Of a stretch of 64,000 nucleotides of DNA, positions 31,551 to 39,940 are shown in pieces (positions within the stretch are counted from its first letter, which is position 1; each line of letters starts with the position of its first letter). The notes below the pieces were generated by a model. It saw nothing but the letters and a program-made list of their open reading frames with translations, was not told the DNA's origin and searched no databases. Origin of the DNA: Alphaproteobacteria bacterium (lineage in GTDB: Bacteria; Pseudomonadota; Alphaproteobacteria; SMXP01); the NCBI GenBank assembly GCA_028285305.1, contig JANQPV010000004.1, positions 41,685 to 105,684 on the forward strand, written 5' to 3'. Both the position numbers and the translations under genes were made by a program.

Positions 31551-32060
31551 ATGGATGGGGCTTCTGCCTTTGTATCGGTCGTTGAGAAAGTTTTTGATCG
31601 CATAGTAAATGTCGGCGACAGAACTAAACGTCGTGAAGAAATTGCACGCTTGCATCAGCTGCTAAGTTAAGTCCGTATAGCGAGGACACTCAATGTCGGA
31701 TTGTTGGATTATGTGAAGAAAGTTTCTCTAGGAATCGAAAAATGGGCTCCCGAAAGCGAAGCAGAGATCACAGTCGAGCAGATCCAAAACTCACTTTTTG
31801 CTCTCGTCGAAATTGTTGATGAAATGGTCGATCAGGAAGATCGCGTCATCTTGTATCAAAATAATTCGTTTCAACATCTCTCGATTGTGGCTAAGGGGCG
31901 GCATGACCTTCTAAATGAACTCCGTAACGTGGCGGGACAAAACAGTGGTAGGGAATTGAAGATAGCCATAAAAAAATATGAGCAGCTTTCGCGAGAATTA
32001 GGGGAGCTAAGTTCAAAATTGGCAGAACACGGTCGGCAATTGTCGGAAAGTGTGACCTAA
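31551..32060 (+). pseudogene. helical hypothetical protein interrupted by an in-frame TAA at 31668-31670
   Basis: ATG at 31551 reads MDGASAFVSVVEKVFDRIVNVGDRTKRREEIARLHQLLS*VRIARTLNVG and continues in frame into the 31701-32060 ORF. Confidence 0.55.
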
Positions 32061-32213
32061 GTATACTTTATTACACTCTCCGACGAACGACAGAAAACTG
32101 CGTGTGACATAAGTCCCTTGGCATTAAGTCACACTTTGTGAAGCTAAGTCATAGACCTTTGTCACACCGTTCGCGCCGCGCGCGGACGTCAGCGAGCCTC
32201 AAATCGCACACCT

Positions 32214-33113
32214 TCACCCCTCAACCTCCTCCCATGCCCGTGCGACGAGCCCCCGCAGCCACACGTTGGCTTGGTCCTCTTCCACGCTGCGGTGCCAGTA
32301 GAGCCAGGTGCCCTCCATATCGATAACTAAGGGCAGGTCTTTGGCGGCGACGTCGAACTGGGCGGCAAGACTGCGCGGTGCGATCAGCGCGTAATCGCTC
32401 GACTCGACAATCCGAAGGGCGGGCAAGTAATACTGTGTACGGAGCGCCGGTTCCACGCGGCCGCCGATCCGTCCAACCGCAAGCTCCAATAAGCTGGAGC
32501 CCGCCCGACGGCTCGACACGGCAACAAAGTCCAACTCGAGAAATTTCTCCAGCGTCAACGCGCCTTTGGATTTCGGATGCCCCCGCCGCATGACACAGAC
32601 ATAATCGCCCGCCGTTAGGGGAGACCGGTTGAGCGAATGGGAGGACAGCCGGGGAATATCGACGGCGACATCAAGCTCACCCAGTGCCAGTTTCTCTTTG
32701 ATCTCCCGCCGGTCCGTCTGAAACGCGCGCAACTTAGCTTGGGGCGCTTCCTCGCCCATCAATATAACGAGAGGCGGCAGCAGCGCGGTGGCCGCGATCT
32801 CACCGATGCTCATGGTGAACGTGCGATCTGAACTTGCCGGATCGAACGCCATATTCCCGTCGAGAGTCGATTGCATTTGCCGCAGCGACTGGCGAACCGG
32901 GCCGATCATCCGCCGCGCAAGCGGGGTAGGGGCCACGCCCCGTCCGGACCGGATAAAGAGAGGATCGTCAAACGAGGCGCGCAATCGCGCCATAGCATTG
33001 GAAACCGTCGGCTGCGCTACGTTGAGCTGTTCCGCAGCCCTTGTGAGGTTTCCCTCCGCATAGACCGTTTCGAAGATAACCAGGAGATTCAAATCGAATT
33101 GAGTGAGGCGCAT
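32214..33113 (-). CDS. LysR family regulator (NodD/LeuO-like)
   Basis: FDLNLL..F..VY.EGNLTRAA..L...QPTVS....RLR..FDDPLFIR. Confidence 0.95.
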   Translation of the reverse strand: MRLTQFDLNLLVIFETVYAEGNLTRAAEQLNVAQPTVSNAMARLRASFDDPLFIRSGRGVAPTPLARRMIGPVRQSLRQMQSTLDGNMAFDPASSDRTFTMSIGEIAATALLPPLVILMGEEAPQAKLRAFQTDRREIKEKLALGELDVAVDIPRLSSHSLNRSPLTAGDYVCVMRRGHPKSKGALTLEKFLELDFVAVSSRRAGSSLLELAVGRIGGRVEPALRTQYYLPALRIVESSDYALIAPRSLAAQFDVAAKDLPLVIDMEGTWLYWHRSVEEDQANVWLRGLVARAWEEVEG

Positions 33114-33213
33114 CTAACTATGCTGATTGTGAATGATAGATCATTCTAACAATAAATTTTCTCTAGAAATAGAGATCTGTTAGATTGGTCCCGGAACACC
33201 AAAGGAGGAACCC

Positions 33214-34461
33214 ATGTCCATTGTTGAAGAAGATCTCTTTAATCTCGCCATGTCCGAAGAGGCCAAACCTCTCATGGACCGGGTTATCCGCCATCTGGAG
33301 GAAAACGTCGCCCCATGGCGGGAGGAGTTCGACGCGCTCAACGAAGAAAAAGAAGACCGTTGGTCCTGGCATCCGCGCCAGATCGAGCTGATGGAAGGCG
33401 CCAAAGCCAAAGCGAAAGAAGCGGGCTTGTGGAACTTCTTCCTGCCCGATTCCGAAACCGGTGAGGGTCTAAGTAATCTGGACTACGCCTATATCGCCGC
33501 CGAGCTGGGCAAGTATCCCTTTGGATCCGAAAGCATGAATTGCAGCGCGCCGGACACCGGCAACATGGAAGTGCTCGAGCGGGTAGGGACCCCGGAGCAA
33601 AAGGAGACTTGGCTCAAACCCTTGCTCAACGGGGAAATTCGCTCCGCCTACGTCATGACGGAGCCCGGCGTCGCCTCGTCCGACGCCCGCAACATCAGCA
33701 CGAGTGCGGTCCTGGACGGCGACGATTATGTGATCAACGGAGAGAAGTACTGGATCTCCGGCGTCGGCAATCCCAATTGCAAGCTCTTGCTGATGATGGT
33801 GAACACCAACCCGGATGCGGCCCCCCACCAACAGCATTCGCAGATCCTGGTGCCGAAAGAAACCGAGGGCGTTGAGATTGTCGGCCCGATGCATGTGATG
33901 GGCGCGGACCACGCGCCTTACGGCCACATGCATATGCGCTTCAAAGATGTCCGTGTGCCGAAGGAAAATATTCTGCTGGGCGAGGGCCGCGGCTTCGAGA
34001 TCTCTCAGGTACGCCTTGGCCCGGGCCGTATCCACCATTGTATGCGCTCCATCGGCAAGGCCGAAGTGGCGTTGGAATTGATGGTGAAGCGGGCAGGGAC
34101 ACGGGAAGCCTTCGGACAAAAAATCGCCAAGCTCGGAAAAAACCTGGAAGTTATTTCCCGGGCGCGGATCGAAATCAACGCCATGCGATTGGCGGTGCTC
34201 CAGGCGGCAAAAGCCATGGATGTGCTCGGCAACAAAGAGGCCCGTGTTTACGTCAGCGCCGTAAAAGCCATGGTGCCGGAAAAGGTTTGCACGATCATCG
34301 ACCAAGCTATGCAGATGCACGGCGCCGCCGGCATGTCCCAATGGTTCCCGCTTGCTGATATGTATGCGGACTTACGCCATCTGCGCTATGCGGATGGGCC
34401 CGACGAGGTGCATCACATGGTGGTCGGCCGCGCCGAAGTTCAAAAATACGGTTTGTGGTAG
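33214..34461 (+). CDS. acyl-CoA dehydrogenase (ACAD10/11-like)
   Basis: NCSAPDTGNMEVL, MTEPGVASSDA, RLGPGRIHHCMR, ADGPDEVH. Confidence 0.95.
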   Translation: MSIVEEDLFNLAMSEEAKPLMDRVIRHLEENVAPWREEFDALNEEKEDRWSWHPRQIELMEGAKAKAKEAGLWNFFLPDSETGEGLSNLDYAYIAAELGKYPFGSESMNCSAPDTGNMEVLERVGTPEQKETWLKPLLNGEIRSAYVMTEPGVASSDARNISTSAVLDGDDYVINGEKYWISGVGNPNCKLLLMMVNTNPDAAPHQQHSQILVPKETEGVEIVGPMHVMGADHAPYGHMHMRFKDVRVPKENILLGEGRGFEISQVRLGPGRIHHCMRSIGKAEVALELMVKRAGTREAFGQKIAKLGKNLEVISRARIEINAMRLAVLQAAKAMDVLGNKEARVYVSAVKAMVPEKVCTIIDQAMQMHGAAGMSQWFPLADMYADLRHLRYADGPDEVHHMVVGRAEVQKYGLW

Positions 34462-34506
34462 CGGACGACTCGGAGCGGGTTCTGGCATAGAAGTCGATCG
34501 TGGGGG

Positions 34507-35112
34507 TTAGCCCACCGCCCGCTCCACCAGGTCGCACCACAAGCTGAACATCCGGTCTAAGTGTTTGGAGTCATTGGCGATGCCCCGCTGCACAACCAAT
34601 CCCCGGACCAGATACAAGGTAAGTTCCATGAGGTCTTCCGCTTGATGTTCGCCCGGGATCTCCTCAATACGGGCTTCACTAGTGGACCTTAGCGTTTCGA
34701 TCCATTCTTCATCGATGGCGCGGATGTCATCCCGCAGGGTTTCGTCCGTACGCGCTGCAATGAGAGACTCCAACGTCGCATAGAAATAGGGCTCATCCTG
34801 CTTCGTCAGGTCCAACAGTTCAAGATGCTCTCGCAATGGCAGTTTCTCTTTGCCCTGTTTCTTCAACTGCGCTTCTGTCCGAGCTCTCAAAGCGTCTCTG
34901 TTGCGTTTGAGGGCAGCGACAAGGAGATCGTTCTTCTTGGGATAGTGGTGGGTCTGCGCCCCGTTCGACACGCCGGCTTCCTGGCAGACTTTGAGGGTGC
35001 TCGTCCCCGACCAGCCGTCCCGGAGGATAACGGACAAGGTGGCGGCAAGCAGCTTTTCCTTTGTTATTTCCGCACGGTCTTGCGCGGCCCGCTTTCGGGT
35101 CTGTGTGGTCAA
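34507..35112 (-). CDS. TetR family regulator
   Basis: N-terminal HTH ...VCQEAGVSNGAQTHHYPKK.DL; TTG start. Confidence 0.88.
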   Translation of the reverse strand: MTTQTRKRAAQDRAEITKEKLLAATLSVILRDGWSGTSTLKVCQEAGVSNGAQTHHYPKKNDLLVAALKRNRDALRARTEAQLKKQGKEKLPLREHLELLDLTKQDEPYFYATLESLIAARTDETLRDDIRAIDEEWIETLRSTSEARIEEIPGEHQAEDLMELTLYLVRGLVVQRGIANDSKHLDRMFSLWCDLVERAVG

Positions 35113-35242
35113 AACGTCATCCTTCCTTATGAGTTGACTCTCTTAAACAAAGAGAGTACTCTGTTTTTATTAGGAGTTCAATAAGGTGCCCAGTGGAAAG
35201 AGTGATCTCTTGTGAGCGCCACAATCGGAGGAGAAAAAGCAA

Positions 35243-35884
35243 GTGACGGATGTGGATGTATTCTGGTCTTTTCGCAGTCCCTATTCCTATTTGGTGACGC
35301 CGGATTTGCTCCGTTTGCGGTCGGATTACGATGTGGATGTGCGATTTCGGCCTGTCTTGCCGATTGCGCTGCGCGCTAAAGCGGCCGTGTTTGATGCAAG
35401 CGACAAAAAGCGGCCCCACTACATCGGCATGGACTCTCATCGCCGTGCGGAGTTTCTCGGGCTGCCCATGGTCTGGCCCAATCCCGACCCCGTTGCACAG
35501 AATATGGAGACCTTTGAAGTCCTCGACGAACAGCCCCTCATCTGGCGCATGACCGGATTGGGGATCGAGGCGGAACGACGGGGCAAAGGCATCGACTTCG
35601 CCCATGCCGCTTCGGCGCTGATCTGGAGCGGAACCAAGGACTGGGACAAAGGCGACCATCTGGCGAAGGCCGCGTCACAAATCGGCCTCGATCTCGGCGA
35701 CATGGAAGCCGCACTGAAAGACCTCGATGTAAAAGCGGAAGTCGACAAAAACCACGCGGCGCTGGAAGAGGCCGGCCACTGGGGCGTACCGACCATGGTC
35801 GTCAATGGCGAACCCTTTTTCGGTCAAGACCGGATAGACACGCTGCGCTGGCGGTTGGACAAGCTCGGCCTGAAGAAGACCTAA
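35243..35884 (+). CDS. 2-hydroxychromene-2-carboxylate isomerase / DsbA-like (GST kappa) protein
   Basis: FWSFRSPYSYL, GHWGVPT, FFGQDR. Confidence 0.9.
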   Translation: MTDVDVFWSFRSPYSYLVTPDLLRLRSDYDVDVRFRPVLPIALRAKAAVFDASDKKRPHYIGMDSHRRAEFLGLPMVWPNPDPVAQNMETFEVLDEQPLIWRMTGLGIEAERRGKGIDFAHAASALIWSGTKDWDKGDHLAKAASQIGLDLGDMEAALKDLDVKAEVDKNHAALEEAGHWGVPTMVVNGEPFFGQDRIDTLRWRLDKLGLKKT

Positions 35885-35945
35885 CTTACCTCATTACACA
35901 GAGAGAATACTCACCTAAAGACCCGGAAGGGAAAGGAGACGGAAC

Positions 35946-36740
35946 ATGGATCTCGAAATCAAAGGCAAGAAAGCCATTATGGCAGGCGGCAGCGCCGGCA
36001 TGGGCCGGGCAACGGCCGAACGGCTCGCGGAAGAGGGGGCGGACCTCTTCATCACCGCCCGCCGCGAGGAGCGTTTGGTCAAAGCGGCTCAGGAAATGTC
36101 CGAACAATACAACACCATCGTCACGCCGGTTGTTGCGGACTCCTCCACCGAAGAAGGCCGCCAGGCGCTGTTCGCCGCCTGTCCCGACCCGGACATTCTT
36201 TCCATCACCATAAAGCCGCCGGCACCCAATGGAGACTTTTTGAAAGTCACGCCCGACATGTGGCGCAATTCTATCGAGACCACCCTGATCGGCCCCATCG
36301 AGATTATGCGCCACTACATTCCGGGAATGAAGGAACGGGGATTTGGCCGCATCGTCAATATCGCCACGTTCTCGGCCAAGAACCCGATGATTTGGCGTCT
36401 GATGTCCGGTCCGGCCCGCTCGGCGCTGATCAACTACACCGCAAGCGTCTCGAGAGAAGTTGCTCAGTATGGGGTCGTTATCAACAATCTCTTGCCCGGC
36501 ATGTTCGCCACCGAAGGCGCCAGCGAATTGTTGGAGGATTATGCAAGCGCCTTTGGTCTTGAGCCCAAACAGGAGATCGTTGCCGAACATTTTATGGCGA
36601 ACAACAAGATCCCGGCCGGCTTCATGGCGGACGCTGGAGATCTCGCGCCGATGGCCGCTCTGTTGTGCAGCCCGCTCTCCCGGTTCATTGTTGGTCAGAA
36701 CATTGTCATCGACGGCGGGCAACATGCCTCGCTGTTTTAG
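35946..36740 (+). CDS. atypical SDR family oxidoreductase
   Basis: MDLEIKGK, GGSAGMG, NNLLPG..AT, GQNIVIDGG. Confidence 0.9.
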   Translation: MDLEIKGKKAIMAGGSAGMGRATAERLAEEGADLFITARREERLVKAAQEMSEQYNTIVTPVVADSSTEEGRQALFAACPDPDILSITIKPPAPNGDFLKVTPDMWRNSIETTLIGPIEIMRHYIPGMKERGFGRIVNIATFSAKNPMIWRLMSGPARSALINYTASVSREVAQYGVVINNLLPGMFATEGASELLEDYASAFGLEPKQEIVAEHFMANNKIPAGFMADAGDLAPMAALLCSPLSRFIVGQNIVIDGGQHASLF

Positions 36741-36776
36741 GCAGGGGCTTCGATCGGGGCTTAGGCGATTAAGCCA

Positions 36777-38594
36777 TCACTCCCTTTCGAAAGCGCTGCA
36801 GACGGCGGTCATATAGCCGAGAACTTTTTCGCCGGACTGATCCTTTTGCTGAATGCAGGCGAGCGCTCGCCCGCAGAGCGTTTGGTCTGTATGACACGCC
36901 AGCCAGGAGACCGTGCCCGTTTGTTCGAAACTCAAATCGGCGCTGGCTTTGGGGGCGACGGTCTCGGCAAACTGCATGGCTTCATCGTCATAGCCCAGTT
37001 TGCGCGTGAAGTAGACGGAAACCGGAAAGTCACAAATATTGGTGAACTGTTCATCGTCGACCTCAATACAATCGTTTGAGTGGGCTCGGACATAGTCATA
37101 CTGTTTATGGCGATTGGGCGCTTCGGAAAGCATGAACTCTGCCTCCGGAGGTGTTCCCGCGCCGAGCCCATCGCCCACCGTAAAGGTCAAACGTCCCGCC
37201 AGACTATCGCTGCAATCGCAGTCTTCAAGCGCCAAGAAGACACGGACCTCGTAGGTTCCGGGCTCGCTGCGGCCATCAAAGGAGTAGATGCAATCGTTCG
37301 CGGGTTGAGTGTAGTTCTTTAGATAGTTCCAGTCTTTTTGAAATCGAACCGCCGCTCCTCGCTGGGGGTGAGCATGGAGCGGTTCCGAGATCTTCCGTAT
37401 GCCGATCCAAGGGTCTGAAGCCGGATACTCCTTCTTGTGGCATTGGACGGCCACATCGATCCCTTCGCCGACCGCATAGCTATCTTTGGCGAGCCAAATT
37501 TTGAAAGGCATCTGAATACCCGGTCCAGTCTCTGTGACCTGTTCAGGCTCTTGCACAACGCCGGTCGTTACGATTTCAAACGCCATTTGGGCAACCGGGG
37601 TGTAGTCGGTACCTTGAAACTGCCTTAGCTCATACGCGCCAACTTCCGTTCGCGGTGCAAATGTGAACGTGCATGCAGCGCCCGCCTTCGTTGCATCTTT
37701 GAAATAGAACCAATCTTCACCCTGAATGCCGTAGTTATAAGATGAGGCGCCAGCCTTGAAGAGGGCGATCCAGTTCGATCCAGCCTCGGCATCGGGTCCG
37801 CATGCGGCCGTCACGCGAATGGGTTCATTGGTGCTATAGGCGGCCTTACCTAAGGTATAGGGCTTGGCACCACCAGCTTCCGCCACGGAAAACGCGTGTC
37901 TTGCAGCGATGAAATCTCCCGAAGGCGGAATAATGCGCAACTCATAGTCGCCTGCGGTGGCGCGCCCGGCGAACTCAAAGATGCAGTCTTCCCTGTCGCG
38001 AAAATAGAGCCAATCCGCTTTATACGTTCCATAGTCGCGGGGGGCGTCGGACGGGCTAAAAACGCCGATCCAGCCATCTTCATCGTACTTCGAACAATCC
38101 GTTGTGACACGGATCTTTTCGCCGGTGACATATGTCTCTTTGTCGAAGGCAATGCCGCTTTCAGTCATAACGGAGGGCGCCGCTATGGACGTGTTTGCAT
38201 CCGAGCCGCTATCGGATGCGCTTGCGGAAACGGGCGCCGCGCTACTCGCCGTGCTGTCTCCAACGGCGAATGCCACCCTTATTTGATCATTGTATCCGGA
38301 GTCGGGAAAGTACCGCGCTTCGTATTGGCCCGGATCGTCCTGCCCATCAAAGACCAGCCGGCAGTTTTCTCCATCACTCACATACTGGTAAGTCTGATAA
38401 TTGCGCTCTCCCGCGCCTGATTTGAACAAACCGACCCAGGCACTAGAACTCTGAGGGGGACAGCTTGTCGTGACGACAATGTCCTCACCTGTCGCATAGG
38501 TTTGTTTTTCGACCGTCAGCGTCACGTCCGCCGCTGTTGCCCGCCCTGCGACCGCAAGCAGAAACAGAACTCCTGCAAGAATATGCTTTTTCAC
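36777..38594 (-). CDS. secreted protein with four tandem Ig-like repeats and a Cys-rich C-terminal domain
   Basis: Signal peptide ending ATA-AD; four ~90-110 aa units approximating KxxYxxGExIxVxxxC..W(I/V)GxF..Y..C.F.F....G.YE.R. Confidence 0.8.
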   Translation of the reverse strand: MKKHILAGVLFLLAVAGRATAADVTLTVEKQTYATGEDIVVTTSCPPQSSSAWVGLFKSGAGERNYQTYQYVSDGENCRLVFDGQDDPGQYEARYFPDSGYNDQIRVAFAVGDSTASSAAPVSASASDSGSDANTSIAAPSVMTESGIAFDKETYVTGEKIRVTTDCSKYDEDGWIGVFSPSDAPRDYGTYKADWLYFRDREDCIFEFAGRATAGDYELRIIPPSGDFIAARHAFSVAEAGGAKPYTLGKAAYSTNEPIRVTAACGPDAEAGSNWIALFKAGASSYNYGIQGEDWFYFKDATKAGAACTFTFAPRTEVGAYELRQFQGTDYTPVAQMAFEIVTTGVVQEPEQVTETGPGIQMPFKIWLAKDSYAVGEGIDVAVQCHKKEYPASDPWIGIRKISEPLHAHPQRGAAVRFQKDWNYLKNYTQPANDCIYSFDGRSEPGTYEVRVFLALEDCDCSDSLAGRLTFTVGDGLGAGTPPEAEFMLSEAPNRHKQYDYVRAHSNDCIEVDDEQFTNICDFPVSVYFTRKLGYDDEAMQFAETVAPKASADLSFEQTGTVSWLACHTDQTLCGRALACIQQKDQSGEKVLGYMTAVCSAFERE

Positions 38595-38842
38595 GATTTC
38601 CCTCCCACCAAGACTTGGCGATGACCAGCATCGTACTCACCGCAGCTTTAGCGTCAAATCGCGCACTTCCGCGTCTCCAGCATCCTTAGGTATTCTAGCT
38701 AAGGTGAGCAGAACACGGGCCGTTTATCGTCCCAGGTGATCCACCGAAGCCCGGAGCCTCTAATGTCAGTTGTATTCACGCAGGACCGTGATCGGAACAA
38801 GGTGGGCTTGCTTGACATGGCGCCTGCGCCTGTTAGCTTTTT

Positions 38843-39940
38843 TTGCATCGTGAACAAAGAAACACCGACTTGAAAGCCTACGTAGTCGTCATCGCCCTGC
38901 TGCTTGTCATCTTCGGATCGATAAGCGCGTATCTCTATCAGCGGTTCAGCGCTTTCGCGAGCATGGATTTCACCCCTCCTCCCGTCACGATTGCAGCGTC
39001 AACAGCCGAACTTGAAACCTGGGATGAAACCTTGAATGCCGTTGGCACGATCAGAGCTGTCAGAGGGGTAGAGCTCACCTCGGAAACGAGCGGACAAATC
39101 ACCGAAATCCTGTTTGACTCCGGCGACCAAGTAACTGCGGATCAATTGCTCCTTGTATTGAATGATGATATCGAACGGGCCAGCCGCCAAAACCAGATTG
39201 CGGCCCTCGAGCTCGCAGAACTCCTGTTTGAGCGGAACAGCGAGCTGATCGAGAAAGGATCCATTCCCCAAACACAATACGATCGCTCGCGTGCTGATGT
39301 GGAGCGGACCCGCGCGCAGCTTGCCGAAACCGAGGCAAGGCTCGCCAATAAACGGATCGAGGCCCCGTTTGCCGGTACGATTGGTATACGAAATGTAGAC
39401 ATCGGTGACTATCTCTCGCCCGGCACAGCCATCGCAACGCTCCAGGATCATTCAGAGCTGGAGATCGATTTCACGGTTCCGGCCCGGTATGCACCCAACC
39501 TGAAGTCTGGACTGGGCGTGAAAGTACGAGTGGATGCGTTTCCCGGCCGCGCCTTTAATGCCACCGTTGCCGCGGTGAACGCGCGGGTGGATTCCGAAAC
39601 CCGCAACATCCAGCTTCGCGCCAAACTGGACGAAGCCGAAGGATTATTGCCGGGTATGTTTGCCGTCCTTGAGTTGGATCTCGGCATCCGGCAACAAGTC
39701 GTGACGATCCCGGAAACGGCGATGACCTATGCGCTTCAGGGCAACACGGTGTTCGTCATTGAGAAAACCGAAGGCGGCGATCTAACGGCCACCGCGAGAG
39801 TAGTTGAGGCTGGAAAAGTCCGGGAGGGAAGGATTGCGGTCTTAGACGGTCTGAAGGCGGGCGATCGGGTAGTCAGTGTCGGGCAAAACAAATTGTATCG
39901 GGGCGTGCGCGTCGTCGTGGATGAGGATGTAAATCTATAA
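38843..39940 (+). CDS. RND efflux periplasmic adaptor (MFP) subunit
   Basis: N-terminal TM, IEAPFAGTIG, LLPGMF, GLKAGDRVV..GQ.KL; exact start uncertain. Confidence 0.92.
   Translation: MHREQRNTDLKAYVVVIALLLVIFGSISAYLYQRFSAFASMDFTPPPVTIAASTAELETWDETLNAVGTIRAVRGVELTSETSGQITEILFDSGDQVTADQLLLVLNDDIERASRQNQIAALELAELLFERNSELIEKGSIPQTQYDRSRADVERTRAQLAETEARLANKRIEAPFAGTIGIRNVDIGDYLSPGTAIATLQDHSELEIDFTVPARYAPNLKSGLGVKVRVDAFPGRAFNATVAAVNARVDSETRNIQLRAKLDEAEGLLPGMFAVLELDLGIRQQVVTIPETAMTYALQGNTVFVIEKTEGGDLTATARVVEAGKVREGRIAVLDGLKAGDRVVSVGQNKLYRGVRVVVDEDVNL

Noticed and set aside
31668-31670. Selenocysteine or pyrrolysine recoding of the internal stop
   Set aside because: The codon is TAA, not TGA or TAG, and TAA terminates many normal genes in this window.
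35144-35168. Possible TetR operator AAACAAAGAGAGTACTCTGTTTT
   Set aside because: It is a single imperfect palindrome with only a weak echo near 35895, too weak to call.
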